This document shows positions 26,301 through 40,200 of a stretch of DNA of 64,000 nt, in pieces. Position 1 is the stretch's first letter. The number at the start of each line of letters is the position of its first letter. A program made the translations under genes and the position numbers. Source of the stretch: a virus; the IMG/VR virus record IMGVR_UViG_3300025770_000012, positions 1 through 64,000 of that record; one strand, 5' to 3'. The notes under the pieces were generated by a model. It was not told the DNA's origin. It made no database searches and was given only the letters and a program-made list of their open reading frames with translations.

Positions 26301-28246
26301 TTAGCGCTTTTAGATACCTGCAGGTCTCTAATAATTCTTCTAGACGCATTAATTCTTTCTTGCAAACGTTGCCTCTCAGCATAGTTGGCATCTTTTTGTT
26401 GAGAAATAAGAATAGTTAATCTATCCCCTTCCTTTCTTATCAACTTATCTAGCCTAGCGAAACCGGTAGTCTCGTGAGCCAAAGCTAGCTGTTGTATGTA
26501 TTGATTATCATCTGTTTCTAGCTGAATATCATTTACAATCTTGGTGGGCATGTTATTAGAGTCTCTCTTATAGTCTAACATAATAGGCACAACTCTAGAT
26601 CTAACAACTTCAGTAACTCCGTATTCACTTAACAGAGTATGTACATAACTACCCATCTGTAAGTCATAAGTCTCAGCGCTCTCTAACCATACGTCCTTTC
26701 TAAGAACTACTTTACCTGTTTTTTTATCTCGGTAAGCATATCCAGTATGTGTTTGAGCGATCTTAGATTTGTAGTCAAATATAGCTGCTGAACCATCACT
26801 AAAGAATGCAAGAAGGTCAATAGTACCACCCATCTTCTTAGCACGATTAAGAACAAACATCTCTGTACGAATATGAACTTTACCTTTAGGATCTTTTTCC
26901 TTCTGTATTGCTTTAATGTCTGCAACTAATTTCTTAGCATACGCATTAAGCTTCTTAAAGTTTGCTCCGTATTCTGAGTACTCTCGTTCTATTTCTGCAG
27001 GGCTTATTTTAGAATTACCAGCATGAAAGTCAATTAGACGCTCCATAGTTTCGTGAACCCTATTTCCTGAGGTAGTGTGTATCTCAGACCATCTGTCATA
27101 CTTCTCTTTCTGCTCATCCGAATAGTATCTTTCTGTACTAGAATACTTCAAAGACCCCTCGTCTGACATACGTTTAAACAGAACCTCACCAGTTACTGAG
27201 TTTCGGTAACGCATCACCGTGGTCTCTCCAACACCGGCTAATTTCTTAAAGTACGGATCATCTCCCACAGGCACTGGTACGGCTTCCCACTTCGATTGGT
27301 CTGCTTCTACCCTTTCTAATGGAGTGGCTTCTGCCGTAGCAGAGGATGCTTTATAAAAGGTTTCATCTGGCAATACCATAGTAGCCGGATCTGCTTGCAT
27401 CACATCAGCTAAACGATTATCCATAAGAATCCGCGCAGTCTTTGAGAAAGGGTTCCCGGCTGTGCCAAATACTTTATTTAGAAGGGCTAATACTTTTTGC
27501 CACCATCTATTTAATCTCGATAATTTAGCAGGGTCTAGCTCTGTAGCTTCAACGTCTGTCTCATTACCCATAATGTGACGTGCTATTACTTTACCAATCG
27601 CTTCACGTTTAAGAAGCTCTACGTTTCCTTCATATTTTTTATAGTAGAATCCATTAGGATCCATAATTTCCGCAAATTCAGCATATCCCTCAATCTGACT
27701 CATCATAGAGCGGTATAAGGGATGGTCATCAGTTTGAAGCATAGCTGTAATAAAGTGAGCTGCCTCCTCTGCTAATGCATCAGTAGTTGCCTCACCTTGA
27801 GAAAGTCTTATAACTCTATCAAGAAGTCTAGCCTGACCGACTACTGGAAGTACCTGTCCAGTCTTATCTTTAATCTGGCTAGCAACTTCAACTTTAACTC
27901 CCACGGTCTCTAAGAAGTTATGAAGTGCCTCACCTAGCTTGTCTTTCTTGTACTCATGGCTTAACTCATGTACAGCAGCTTCATATTCCCCCACATTCTG
28001 TGCCGCCTTAGTTATTAAACGTACGGCGTCAGGAGTTAAAGCAGGGTTGACCTCCCCCTGATTATTCATAACAGCTTGAATTTCTCCAGACTCCGCTTTA
28101 GTTTGGAGTTCTAGGTATGAAGCATACGATGCGGTAGGATCGCCTACTATCTGATTGATAAATTCAAACAGAGCAGATGGATTCCCATCATTAGCATATA
28201 CTTCAACTACTTTGCCTGCGTTATCTTTTACTATATTACATGCCAT
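23345..28246 (-). CDS. Large virion cargo/ejection protein with RecB-like PD-(D/E)xK domain
   Basis: 1633 aa, coupled to the RNAP gene; GNRVH, GTIDLL, IFDYKS, LQMGSY; degenerate zincin EEAAH. Confidence 0.8.
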   Translation of the reverse strand: MACNIVKDNAGKVVEVYANDGNPSALFEFINQIVGDPTASYASYLELQTKAESGEIQAVMNNQGEVNPALTPDAVRLITKAAQNVGEYEAAVHELSHEYKKDKLGEALHNFLETVGVKVEVASQIKDKTGQVLPVVGQARLLDRVIRLSQGEATTDALAEEAAHFITAMLQTDDHPLYRSMMSQIEGYAEFAEIMDPNGFYYKKYEGNVELLKREAIGKVIARHIMGNETDVEATELDPAKLSRLNRWWQKVLALLNKVFGTAGNPFSKTARILMDNRLADVMQADPATMVLPDETFYKASSATAEATPLERVEADQSKWEAVPVPVGDDPYFKKLAGVGETTVMRYRNSVTGEVLFKRMSDEGSLKYSSTERYYSDEQKEKYDRWSEIHTTSGNRVHETMERLIDFHAGNSKISPAEIEREYSEYGANFKKLNAYAKKLVADIKAIQKEKDPKGKVHIRTEMFVLNRAKKMGGTIDLLAFFSDGSAAIFDYKSKIAQTHTGYAYRDKKTGKVVLRKDVWLESAETYDLQMGSYVHTLLSEYGVTEVVRSRVVPIMLDYKRDSNNMPTKIVNDIQLETDDNQYIQQLALAHETTGFARLDKLIRKEGDRLTILISQQKDANYAERQRLQERINASRRIIRDLQVSKSANAVIREVSQTLKVIEKGLNTNKEYLKNGDPNPDYMSAAELNNAYQDLKHFSKFTTLTDIIKSLEKKDKDAAARLSKDLEVLHADIARKQESLVEKMMERLDVSASNKGVRGITEFNKEVGKLTADWVSRSGQSHPALRLIHNFKAEIEGHLVRIEKELATEIESKTNALFEWGSANGYPGASVYDVLINPNTRNLYARFNEKYTEDRKKAFEDQDIKWLQQYFEVDQELLDKEYKNWRANQIKLLKEKGGSAKTQASRLAKWETRFNPKHETAWYNPTNPFLKAGKDNNKMGKYLSPEYMKIQNSPVLKDFYDYHIKKTSEFLRLMGVDKKYNYVADIHKNMIDQFLQDGFDMGKMKQAWLDKFQLKEHDKQFGMVGLDGEFLRSIPRFHVTPLKNSQDKYDSSLKSKELGKNLYLLGSAAHMYSYLNDITPTLLMMESLFKDSHIEEATQDKLGDIILDSIGRAKGEATRTNAGTITEFINAEFFGQSLVTKDKTFGKDLSVNKTILVAKNYHTIATLGLKSPVAIGALGAGFMGLEMQASKGLYLTRSNLRAAQKAYFSRDPKLRAVFEYFQLTLEDLSTRRADMLSSTTRAKYMTADRWFEFLARADRTLDAVLAAGMAMNYGINPKTKKLELLKDLPEGTESIWDTIEIEENPTWERTGTQDRYLTKIPEVENLKENNRNWVSFKQKVHKIGSKVKGAVPKEDRFNSQNKLINRLFIHYRSWLPGIAIERFGNLRYDYIMENFDQGTWKTMWGNIGADAQFDSFGQVVDTETWMHIFTTDALTDLAKIGVDIGTFGLTNAYKIKDNRARLEFEKFIENEKGNPEFDFKNEAEKEVSFEKFLDFKRANIRGALMELRAVFLLIGLMLALGGDWDDDDKVDLKQSWAGRKLLSVVNRIYRETAVFYDPTEMTGPRASGIPLISLAQQGLKWTSNSMDEMRDGLFGEDSAQDRTGPGYYTWKFLPGLSGVVRAAEIYPQDKIVR

Positions 28247-31200
28247 TATTCACACTCATTTTCGTTGTTTGCTTTTCTTAAAGATTGTAGGTCTAAAGTA
28301 CTTGATACTGTTTCAGGTGCTAACTCTTTAGGTTGAGAAGGTATCAACTTCTGCGTTTCTAATGTTTCTACTGCAAAGAAACTTCGTTTAACTCTGCCAT
28401 TAATAAAGGACGTGTTGTATTTATCCTTAGAAAAGTCAGCCCAGTTTTTATATCCTGAGCGTTTTGCAATAGAGGCTTTAAGGGCCTTTTCATCCTTAAC
28501 TCCAAAAATACGATATTCATCCTTATTAAGCAACTCCCGCAATGAGCTGGTTGAAATGTGCTCTAAATGAATAACAGTTCCATTGGGTAATATCTTCGTT
28601 CCAGCCTTAACCCGCTTTGGGTCATTAACATCATATGCAAAATGCAACATGTCACGTTTAGATTCGTGTAGCTGCTTAATTATTTTTGTAGTTAGATGAA
28701 GCCTTTGTCTACCAAATGGATGATTATTAGATTCTATAATCGACTTATCTGTGTTTACTTCTATTAAGTGGCCCATAATGCCTTTTTTAGCTCTTCGCTT
28801 ATAGACATAATAACCATCTTCACTAGTGCCTACATATTCTAAGTGCACTGTAAAATACTTCTCATTTGAATTGGACGCGATACCTTTTGCAGCCCCTCTT
28901 TGTCTAAGTGACTTTATAGTTACTCTGTCATCATTAAACTCTTTAGTGTAGATCACTTCATCAGATTTATACATACTCTTATTGGAGTACTTATGACGTG
29001 TAATCCTAGGGTTATCCCAAGAATTATCTAAGAAGTCTATTTTTATGTCTTGGATTACTGAGGTAGTAATACCCCCAACACTTATAGCGTCATGAACTGC
29101 CTTCAGCATAGGTGCTGTTGCATCTAAAACTTCAACTCCAGGGAGCGCATGAAAGAAAGAAGTAGGATGAAAACCTGTTCCAGACTTCATCATACTAAAT
29201 AGTACAATATCATCCGCTAGTCTTTTTCCAGTGGGTCCACTATTAGAAAGCTCATACCAAGCATCTGCTAAGTCATCAATTTCTGAAGGAGCGTACTTTC
29301 TAGAGAATAACTGCATCATATCTATTGTATGATCGAAATCTGTAGGGTCTGTAAACTCTTGCAAACTAGAAATAAGGTCTTGAATAAGAGCGTTATCTGG
29401 GAAGGTATCTTTAGCTTTAAGTACTCTAGCAGGTAAACTGTTATCTCCTTGGAAGTACTCAGACAAACTCTCATTTAACTTAGTTAAATCAGTTCTTTGA
29501 TGTGCCTGCCAAACCCAAGAGGTAACAAAATTATCAAATGCACGTAGTACATATATAATCTCATCTTTTGATTTACCTTCTGAAATAAGATCTTCTGCCA
29601 TTTCCACCATCGCAGACTTTAAAGGATTAATCGACTTACCATTAATATCAGTACTCATTGCCTCTTTCAAATCAGTCTGTGTAAAGTAATCTGGAGCTGT
29701 AGTATACATATCCTGTAGTTTACTTACAAAAGGAGCAGACTTATCTATTCCCTCCTCAGACCCTAATTGACCAAGACCAAAGATTCTACTTGTCTTATTA
29801 GAAAGACCGTAGAATGCATTCTTACGATTTACAATATTACCAAGCGCAGCTAGATGTATAAGATCATACCCACTTCCTATCTTATCCGTGTCGAAGGATG
29901 AGAGCTTCTGAGCTTTTCTAAGAAGATCTGCATATTCTTTATATCGTAAGAAGTCTGAGAAGATTTGAGCTTGTAATCCCTTTTGTCCCTTACCCATATC
30001 CTTGAGGTTAGTAACTAGCAGACTATCTGAAGCTCTAACCATTTTACCAGATCGAGATTCCTCATGTCTGTCCAAAGCCATCTCATTTAAAGCGGCTGTT
30101 CCTTCAGATTCTCCTACTAACTTTCTAATCTGATCTTGAACATCGGTTTCAGAATACGACTCAGCATAATCACTTGTTGTGGAAGCTATAGATTGCATAT
30201 TCTTTAAGCGATAGTACTCTTGTATTACAGGCTGTGACATAAACTTAAGAACTGTTTCTAGAGGAACTCCAGCGCGTATTAGCATAACGTGCACTGCAGC
30301 TCCTGATTGCCCTGCATTGACATACATAGCAAATGGATCCTTCTCACCATCTACATAAGCAGTAATGTACTGCTGCATAGAACGATTTATATAGTTTCCA
30401 TTAACATCTTTAACTCGTGATAAAGAAATAGTCTCATTCTGCAGGCCTTCGAAGTTTAGATTATATACTGTAGTATCCATTGGATCTCCAAATCTATCTA
30501 CTTCTTCTCCTGCCTGATTAAACCCAAATCCGGCTCTTTGTGATTTTCCAAGGTCAGACATATTGGTTGCAATAATACCCGTACCCCCTAACGTTTGGTG
30601 CATTTGATACGTAGTAGTAATGAGATTATCCATACTAAATATATCAAAGAGTGCTGTGGCTTCTGCTTCTACACCCTTAATACCTGCGGCTACTTGTGCG
30701 TTATGTATCTCATGTGCAATATCCTTTAGCTCAAATGCACCTACTGGGGCAATTAACTGTGGAAAGCTTGCTGGGTGCTTTAAGATATTCTTCATATTCT
30801 CAAGAAGCATATTCTGAACAACGTCACTAGGCTGTTGCATTACATCAGATAGATTATCCCATCCCATCTGAACCATTGTAGTACTTAACTCTATACCCAT
30901 GACAACCTTTTCAGAAGGATCTATCTCATCTCGGTAAGCTGTGATGTCAAGTAAGAAATCTCGTAAGCTGTTAGAATCTGTTCCAAATAACTCTGCAGCT
31001 GCAGCTCTGAATGCGTTAACATCCCTATCTAACAACTCTAATGGATTGTCTATTCTTGATACTAACCCTACTTTACTTGTTCCATCTTCTAAAACTGTTC
31101 TAGAAACATTAGGTAAGTAGATAGTTAATTTATCAATATCATAGTCAGCTCCTGACTTAGCTACCATCTCATGTGGTACAACTACTGTTGCCCCCATACT

Positions 31201-34200
31201 CTCTGGTAAGAAATCAGCTACTTTGATAAACTCTACAGAATTCAATCCCTCAGTAGGGATACGGAATCCTACTAGTTCTCTAGCAGCATCAGTTAAGTCT
31301 TCAATTCTAACTTCTCCTTCTCCAAAGTGCTTACGCATGTAGTGAGGTAAGTAAACTTCCATAGCTGTTACAGTTTTACCATCTTTCTCGAAATCATAAA
31401 AACGTAATGTTCTATACCCTGGTAAATCTACTGTATCTTGCTTTCTAGCTTTTAAAGTAAACCCTACATCAGGTTGAAGTACAGCCATAGTACCATTGAT
31501 CTTTCTAGCTATAACCGCATTGGTTACTATTGAATATAGAAGATCATCTAATTTTTGTTTATTGGCTAGCGAGTTTGTATATGAAAGATCCCCAGCAAAT
31601 AACTCTTCAACTGTATCCTTCATATGCTCCGGATTCTCTCTCTTAGAAAGTTCTTCAAGGAGAGCATTTTTCATAGACGGCTTAGATTTTCCTGGGATGG
31701 CCTCATATCCTTCTTGAGTTCTAATGAATCCTAACTTAGCCGCTAATGATGCTTTATCCTTTTCTATCATCGCACTATGGATGGCATGGAACTGCTCATC
31801 CAAAGCTTTAAACTCTGGTCCGTAATTTTCAGTATTTAATACCCCGTCTACAAAGACATTCATAAGAGCCATACTTGCAGACTGTGTACCTACTCGGACG
31901 TTAGTCTTATTCTTTAAAGTAGGATCTAACTGCACACCAAAGTATTCAAGATCGAATTCTTGTTGGTATGAGCTGTCGGCGGACAGTGGTATGTACTCTC
32001 CGGTTTCTGTATTAAATGCAGGCTCAAATTGACCCTTAGCATTAGTCTTAGCTCCAACCTTAGTACCAGACTCAAACACCATATAGTCAAGATTATTATT
32101 AACCATATCATAATAAAGATCATCCATAGCAGTATCCTGACCTTGTTGTGACACGGTCTTGGATAAATTTGGATGTACTGGGTATAAAGCGAATTTGTTG
32201 AAGATATTGACTCGCATACCTCCTACTACAGAAGGTGCAAATACTTGTGGCTTCAATGGTGGAAACAGCGCTAACTCTGAAGGATGTACCTGCTCTCCGG
32301 CAATGATCTTTCTATATGCCTGCTCCTGCTTATCACTCCAGTTATCTGTTAAGAACAATGTACTCCGATAAAAGTCAAACGTAACTAAACCTCCACCATC
32401 AAAGATTTCCATATTAGAATATGCTTTAGACACAGAATCTACAAGATCCTCACGGCCTAATTCTACAAGTCTGTTTATGTACTTATCTAAATATGGAGAC
32501 TTCCCAATAACATGTTCCTTTCTAGTAACGAATCTAACAGTTGGAGTATGATCCTTCTTCGTACCCATATTAGGCATGTTATTATTCATCCACTCTAGTA
32601 TACCTTGTGTGTATGTTGGATACTTCTTAACACCCACCATACCCGATGTTCTCTTGAACACATCTTTATAAAGTGCAGGACTACCTAAGAACAATCTATG
32701 TTGCTCTACTATTCCAATCAACTGATTGTTAGCTAATTTAGTAGCTACCCTATTTATAACCGCAGAAGATACTCTACCGTTATCTGTAAACGCAGCTGAT
32801 CTTTCTCTCTCCGGCAGTGACTCATATGCCTCGTCTATGTGAGTATTATCAATACCAATGTTATTATATCCACCCTTTGCTCCTTTGCTAATAAAGCCAT
32901 ACTTAGTTAGTAAGTCTAAAGCCTCCTTTTCTTTTTTAGCTAAGAAAGCCAGTATTTCTATTTGGGCATCTTTTCCGTATACTGCATCTAACAGTTTAGG
33001 ATCTGTTTCTGATAATTTACCATTTCCAATATGGAATAGAGCCAATTTCTGAATCCGTGGAAAGGCTACAGGGTCACCAAAGAACTGTAGTTTCTGCCCG
33101 TTCTTTTTTAATTCTGGAATTTGTTGAATCTCTTTATTATTAGCGATTGAGTTAGCCATTAAGATTTCACCCAAAAGCAGGTCTTGTAAATACTTACGCA
33201 TTTCCGGTAAAGACCTATGCTTATTATGGCCTATCTGCAAGGCCTTTTCCATCTTCTTATTTCCTGTTCGAATCAATGGAACAAAACCCTCTAAAATAGA
33301 AGCTACATGCTCTAACGCAATATTGGCCTTGGTAGTCCTAGAAATATCATGCCCCACTCCTCTATGTATATCCTTACCTCCCTCAATGGTCCTTATATTC
33401 ATCACAGGCTCCGAGAGATATAATGACCCTCGCATCCAAGGTGATTCTTTTAATAAAGCCTCTGCCTCTTCTTCGGTGCTATTCAGTTTGTCAGCTAGTA
33501 TATTAATATAGCTTTTACGAGTAATACCGAACACCACTTTATTCATAGGATTAACGTGTTGAAGTGTGATAGCTAAATCTGTAGTATCTATCTCGTAGCC
33601 TAATAAAGTCTTTAAGTTACCTTCTACCTCTCTACCAAACAAAGAAGATACGTCTCCTTCTGATTCTATAATCTCTTTAAATACCCATCCAGCCACTGCT
33701 TCAAACCCCTCTAGTCTGCCATTCTCCTGCATCTCAATAATACGAGACTTATTGCTATAGTTGATTCCAATAACATCAAGTAATGCTAGCAGCTGTGGGA
33801 ATGTTAAGTTTGTCTGAGTCCACTGTTTGAATGATTTGTGCTGCATAAGACCAGACCCACTAGGTATACCAATGCTTCCTTTTTTATCTATATCAAGTAC
33901 ACGTCTACCCCCTTCTATAGTTTTACCCAGTCCTCTTCTAACGTTGTCTTTGAAGATGCTGTTCCATGAGCGCTTTAATATATTCTCTGCTCTGTCTGTA
34001 TTAGAATTAGTAAAATATCTACCCGGATTAGTTTCATAACTTGTCTGGTTAGCCATTAATGTCACATACTCTTCAGAAGCCACATTGAACGTATTCAAAA
34101 AGCCCATTAACATGTACATCTGATTAGCGTTTAAATGCTCTACAGATTCTATTCCCTGACGTATACCTAAACGGTCAAGTAAAAACGCGTATGTTTTGTT

Positions 34201-37200
34201 TTCTTGGGCAAGCCCTTGTAATACATCTACCATGTCTTCCACATTGTGGACATTAGCTAGATTTTTATACAGAGTATTAATAACTTGACTAAACGTAGCC
34301 AACTGATATGTACCCGATCTATTCTTCTTAAACAAAGATTGCCCGTCCATATCACTAATGGTCTGAGGTAAAGTACCTAGAAGTAATTTAACTCCAGGAG
34401 AAACAAGTGTTCTCTGATCAATAGTATTAGCAGCTCTAATTCCAAGAGTATCTCTGCTCATACCATTCTCTTCTAGTTCCTGATTTAGAACCTCTTCTAA
34501 GCTTCTAGTATTTGCATCCAATTTAAATTGCTGCAAGTACTCTATATTCTTAGCAATCAGAGACCCCCATTCTGCTTCGAGAACAGTTAAGACCTCCTCA
34601 AGTTTCTGATAATCCGTTTTAAGCTGTAATATACTCTTAGCCATAGATGCAGGCTTCCCTGCAGCTCGCCAAGTTTGTATCATTGCATTAGTTTTTTCTC
34701 TTAAAGCTTTTTTGTCCTGTACAATAGAACTTCTCACGATAGAATAGACAGTGCCCTTACTTCCAGGTATGCCGTATAGTTTACCCAGCTTTTTACCCAA
34801 TGCTTTGGGATCATTTTTAATCCCGAACAGATCTTCAATCTTGATAGTATCTGTTTTAGACATAACGTCAAATAGCGCCACTGTCATACCACTGCTCAAA
34901 TCTCGCTGAACTCCCGTAGTAGATTTCTTAGCTCGACTTGCCGCTCCTGCTCTTCCGTTTAGAGCCTCTTCAACACTGTAGACGGTATAATCCTCAATAG
35001 CATTATTATAGTACCCTGTGTGGATCCTATGAAACAAATCTTGTGATTGCTTTGCACTATTTAAGAACTTAAATAAGAAACTAAATAACTTCTGAATCCA
35101 AGACTTTTCTATATTGTCCCCGACAGTATAGTTACCATCAGCTTGGACATATTCACGAAACTCCTCAGCTAACCACTCATCTGCTTCTAAATCTGTAAAG
35201 TCTTTAAGATCTTTAACTGCTCCTTTATATGTAGTTGCTTTTCCTTTTAGACCTCGAACTTCATTGTATAGCTCAGCTCTTTCCTCTGGAGAAAGTAGTT
35301 TTAATGTGATTCCGTGGAATGTCTCGTGATAAAGTGTACCGGCGGCAGCATCTGCAGAAAGAAGTATTTTCTCTGTCTTACTAAAGAATCCCCAATCTGT
35401 ACCATTGACTAGCCTTCTAACTATTTCAACATCAAAGATAGGATTACCATGTTTGTCTTTGGGAACCATCTTCAAGAATTTAGCATATTCTTCCTCGAAG
35501 TTCATACGCTGATAGTCATCGGATATAAGAGCAACTCTGCTGCTTCCTAATGTATCATCATCTTCTTCCTCATCCTCTTCAGGAAGTTCTTCTATGTCGT
35601 TCTTTTTAAGATCCTTTTCATCCTTCTTTGCTTCGTCTTCAGTCTTTTTACCTAGATCTCCCAACTTCTGTTCAGTAGTCTCATATACTGTATACTCAAC
35701 TACTCCATCCTCATCTACATTTTCTCGAGATGTATATATAGCAGCCATTAGCTCTGCAGACATTTCATCAGTTACCCTCTCTAACGCTATAGAGTTTCCC
35801 TCTGGTCCTGTTATAGATTCTAAATCAAAGTGAGTTAAACCGTTCTCATGGTCAACGTGATTTATAGTGAGTATAATCTCAACACCGCTTGATCCTTGAA
35901 CGTACCTATATGTCTGTCCTTCCATAACCCCTGAAGGGGCCAGCCCCTCTACCTTCTCTTCGGCAACTGGAGTTTCTTCGTCAGTTTCGTCGTCGAGAAT
36001 ATCTGCATTTACAGGAACGTTTCTCAACTTTGGGGCTGAAGTTGGGTCTCCCATCTGAGATAAAGGAGTGGTCTTAACTTGTGAGCCGTAAGTAAGATAA
36101 ACATTCATAAATTGAGGAACCTCATACGATAAGTTATCTCTACTAGCAGAGGACACATCTTCTTCCATATTTACTGTAACGGGAACCTCATGAATACTTC
36201 TAGATGAAGTTTCATTAAGAGCCTTTTTACCCATTAAGAAATGAGTATAGTTATCCCAGACTCTAGTAGTCACTGTAAGATCTGCTCCAACTACGACCTC
36301 AGTATACTGCTTATAATTAGGATTAGCATCCTGCTTTTTTAGAAGGGCTTTTTCTTTATTAGTTAAACGAGCTAGTTTATTTCTAATCTCCGACTCACTT
36401 GCAGTTTTATGTTTTTTTCTAGCTGCTATTATCTTCTTGCGAATAGCCTTCATTACGTCTGAACTAGATTCAGTAGCAATATCTGTTCTTCCTTTGCTTC
36501 GTACTTCTTCGTCAGCTTTTAACGCTAGATTATTAACTTGAACATGTAGATTAGCAATGAATGTTCGAAGCTCCTCATGCATAACAGGGTATGTCTCCTC
36601 ACTTGCTAATTGAGCAAATGTGATAGACTGGTCTCCGAAATACAAAGTATCTCCCTTAGTAAAAATAGAAAACGCAGAGTTTTCCCTTCCTGCAGAGTGC
36701 TTACCAAAGTATATTAATTCAGTAAGCTGCTTTATAATACTCTTATCGTAGTTAGGAGGGAATAGAGCGGATGTGGGTGTGAAATCAGCATTCTCAGTCT
36801 TAGAGTTCTCCACTTGAGTAGCTAAGAGCTTTAAGAGATGGTACACATTACTAGCTATCTGAGGAGGTAGCGTATTCATTTTAAATCTAACTAGGTTATC
36901 ATCCTTAACTGCATAGAGAAAACCTGCTCTAACAGTGTATTGTCTACCCGCAATGGATACCTTATTAGTTTCCTTATTACTACTAATTCTAAGATCAATA
37001 TTTTTAACATCTTCTTCTCTTTTAACCAGCGTAGTGCCTGCAAATCCTTTATGGTCATAGTTCAGACCTGGATAAATTTGCATTCCGTGAGATTTACCAG
37101 AGATAGGAATATAAGTGTTACCTTCAGATTGAGCTAGTAACTTTCTACGGAAATCTACATGCTGCTCTAGAATAGCTTTAGACTCCTCTGACATCTCGCC

Positions 37201-40200
37201 AGTAAAAAAGTACTTACCATCAACTTTAAACCCAGGTACAGTTCCATTTACTTTCTTAAGATCTGCTCTACCGTATCTATAAACTTGATGAGTCTTACCT
37301 TGAAGATCTGCTTGAGGCTTGTACGCCTCACTGCCCATCATACTAGTATAAATGACTCTTCCGTTTACTCTTACTGGAACACCGCGTGAATCTACTACTA
37401 AAAGAACAAGATCTTCTTGAGATTCATCTCTCAACTCATTTGTACTAAACTTAGTTGGTTTCCCCTCTTTATTTGTAGCCGCAGAATACCTTGGATCTCC
37501 CTTAGCTCGCTTAGCTCCTGGATGATTATAAAAGAGAACATCTGCCCCAACCTTATTATCAGCATTTGCTAACTGATTATCAAAATCTATAATATTCTGT
37601 CTTGTAAGAACAACTAACTTATGATGATTTGCCAAATCATTTCTATTAGTTTTAGCTGTCCATTCAAAAAATACTTCTTGGTTTATATACGCTTGAAGTT
37701 GAGCTTTCTCAAAAGGCTTTAACTCTCGTTGTGTGGCAAGCAACTGCAATTCTTCTCGCTTAGCACTAGCAACTGCATGGCTTCCTGCAGTTTTACCCAT
37801 TCCAGTATGTATAATTGCAGGACTATTATAATAAACCTTTGGCTTAGTTCCCTTTTGATTATCTATGCTCTTCTCAAATTCCTCATCGTCCATCTCTGCC
37901 TCCTTATTATTATCTTCATACTTTCCTTTCTCTCTTTCGTCGGGGATAGTACTAGCTTCTGGCGTGAGAATATCATCTATAATAGTAGTAACAGTATTAA
38001 ACTGATCAATTAAGATGTTGTTGGCGGCGACAATTTTCCCTTGAAGGGTAGTCTGTTTCTGCACCTCCTCAAAAACGGGACTTAGCTCCATTTGTAGCTC
38101 TGTCCTAAGTTTTTCAACAGCAGTATTATATCCAAGCAGCATAGCGTCAACATTGTTAACCATAGCTTCATATGTAGCCCTATTCTGTTCTTCTGTTGCG
38201 CTTTTAAATCTAGCATCATAAGACCCATCTGCTTTGAAATGGAGCATACTTCTAAGACTTTCTAAAACAGGTAACGCTTCTTCGTATTTAGTTTTAAGAT
38301 CTGCAACTCCTGCATCGAGAAGTCGTACAAGCTCCAGAGGAAGCTCATCCATAGTAGATGCAAAATGATATACAGCTTGTGCTAGCTTGTTTAGTTTGTC
38401 CACATCCTCCTCGGTAGTGAACATCTCAGACAGCAATTCTACATCTTTGAAAAAGCCATCCCCTACAAACTTTTCTAAAGTTTCAGCTAATGTATTCCAC
38501 TGTGTTTTTAGATGCTCTTTGATTCTCTCAGCAACATCCTCTCTAGACTCTGCTCCTAAAACAACCTCAATCAGCTTATTGACATTATTAAGCTTTTCAA
38601 CTAAGACAGCTTTATTTACTTCAATACTAGAAATAGCTTGTTCAACCGCTGCTAGCTCTACTGCCAAGTTTTTAACTTTCTCTGCAAGATCTTTCTTACG
38701 TCTCTCACTTACTCGTGAAGAGTTTGCTTTAACTAAATCTTCAGCTAACTTCTCTGCTGCTTCAACAGCATTCTTTAGTCGTTGATCTTCTGCTGCTATT
38801 TGATTTTCTAATTCTTGTCTAGCCTCGATTGTAGCAATGTCGATAATCTCTTGCACCTGAGCCCCAGCACTTATTTCTCTAAGATTCTCTGCCTGTAATA
38901 AAAAGCTAAGATTACGTTCTTGATACTCTGTTGTAAACCCATTAGCTTTTAATAGTTCATTTATCTCCTCAATTCTTTTGCTGGCCTCTCTGTTGCCTTC
39001 TAGCTTTTCTAAAGCTCTTAACTCTAAAATAAGCTCCACATTCTCTTGTGTAGGATATGTGATTAAGAAGTTGTCCTGATCCGAAGTTGGCTTACCCGGT
39101 CTTACATAGAACCTATATGTTCCCGTTTTAGGACCAGTCTCTATCTTAACACCTGCCGTGGTAAGAGCCGTTTTTAAAGAATCTATTTCTGATAGCCCAG
39201 AATCTTTTTCACGAAGCGCTAAAGCATCTTTAATAATTTTCTCTTCTATACCTGCCTCTTTAGCTCGAGCAAGAAGACCTTCTTTGGTATCCTTATTAAT
39301 TCTAGTATAATCAAATTCAATTACTTTTCCTTGGTACTTGACGAATAGACGCTTAAGTCTGAGATCTTTAATGTCTTCAGCATTGTCTGTCGCCGGGTCA
39401 TGTAACATCTCAGGACGTAACATCCTAGGCTTTGGTACTTTTTTACCTCTGTGCTCCTGACTTCCTAAACCAAATGCTGCTTCGTTCTCATGGTAATCCA
39501 TAAGCTCGTTCACCATATCTATCTTTCTGTGACGTCTAGCTCTGACCTTTCTAAGGTCCTTCATCATAGTCGTTACATTCTTAATATTTTCTGTGTGCGA
39601 TCCAGGATCGTCATTCTTCCACTTATCTAAAAGAGCTTGCTCTGAGGCACTTAAATCTGGGTCTAACCCTTCATTTATCGCTTCTAGTAACTCGGTAGTC
39701 TTCTTATCTATCGAGTCAAATTCGTCTCCTAAAGTTCTTAGCTTAGCCCACTTAACTTGCTCTGCTTCAGTGCCTCCAATATTATGACCGTCTTTATCAA
39801 AGACAGCAGGTTTAGGAGTTACTGAGTCGTCTTCTTCTAATGCGGTTATTTCCTCCTCTAATTCTTTTCTACGCGTGATTAGGTTTAACACCAATTCCTC
39901 CATATGTGTAGGATCGGTAAATTCTTTGATGCCAACCATCTTCATGTAAGCCTTAGCTTCAGGAAGTGCTAATATCTTTGACTTCTGCTTCTTTGTCAGA
40001 CGGCCCCACAGTCTAGATACTCTAGCTCGAACCCCTATATCTTCTCTCTTATCTCTTTCTAAACGAGATTCCACATCCATCTCTCCTTCCAGTGTGCTCC
40101 CTATGATCTCTTCAATAGCTTGGATCATAGCATCTTCACGAGCATCTAAGTTCTTACTAGTTGCCAGCGCGTGTACAATAGCATCTTTAACGTCTTCGTC

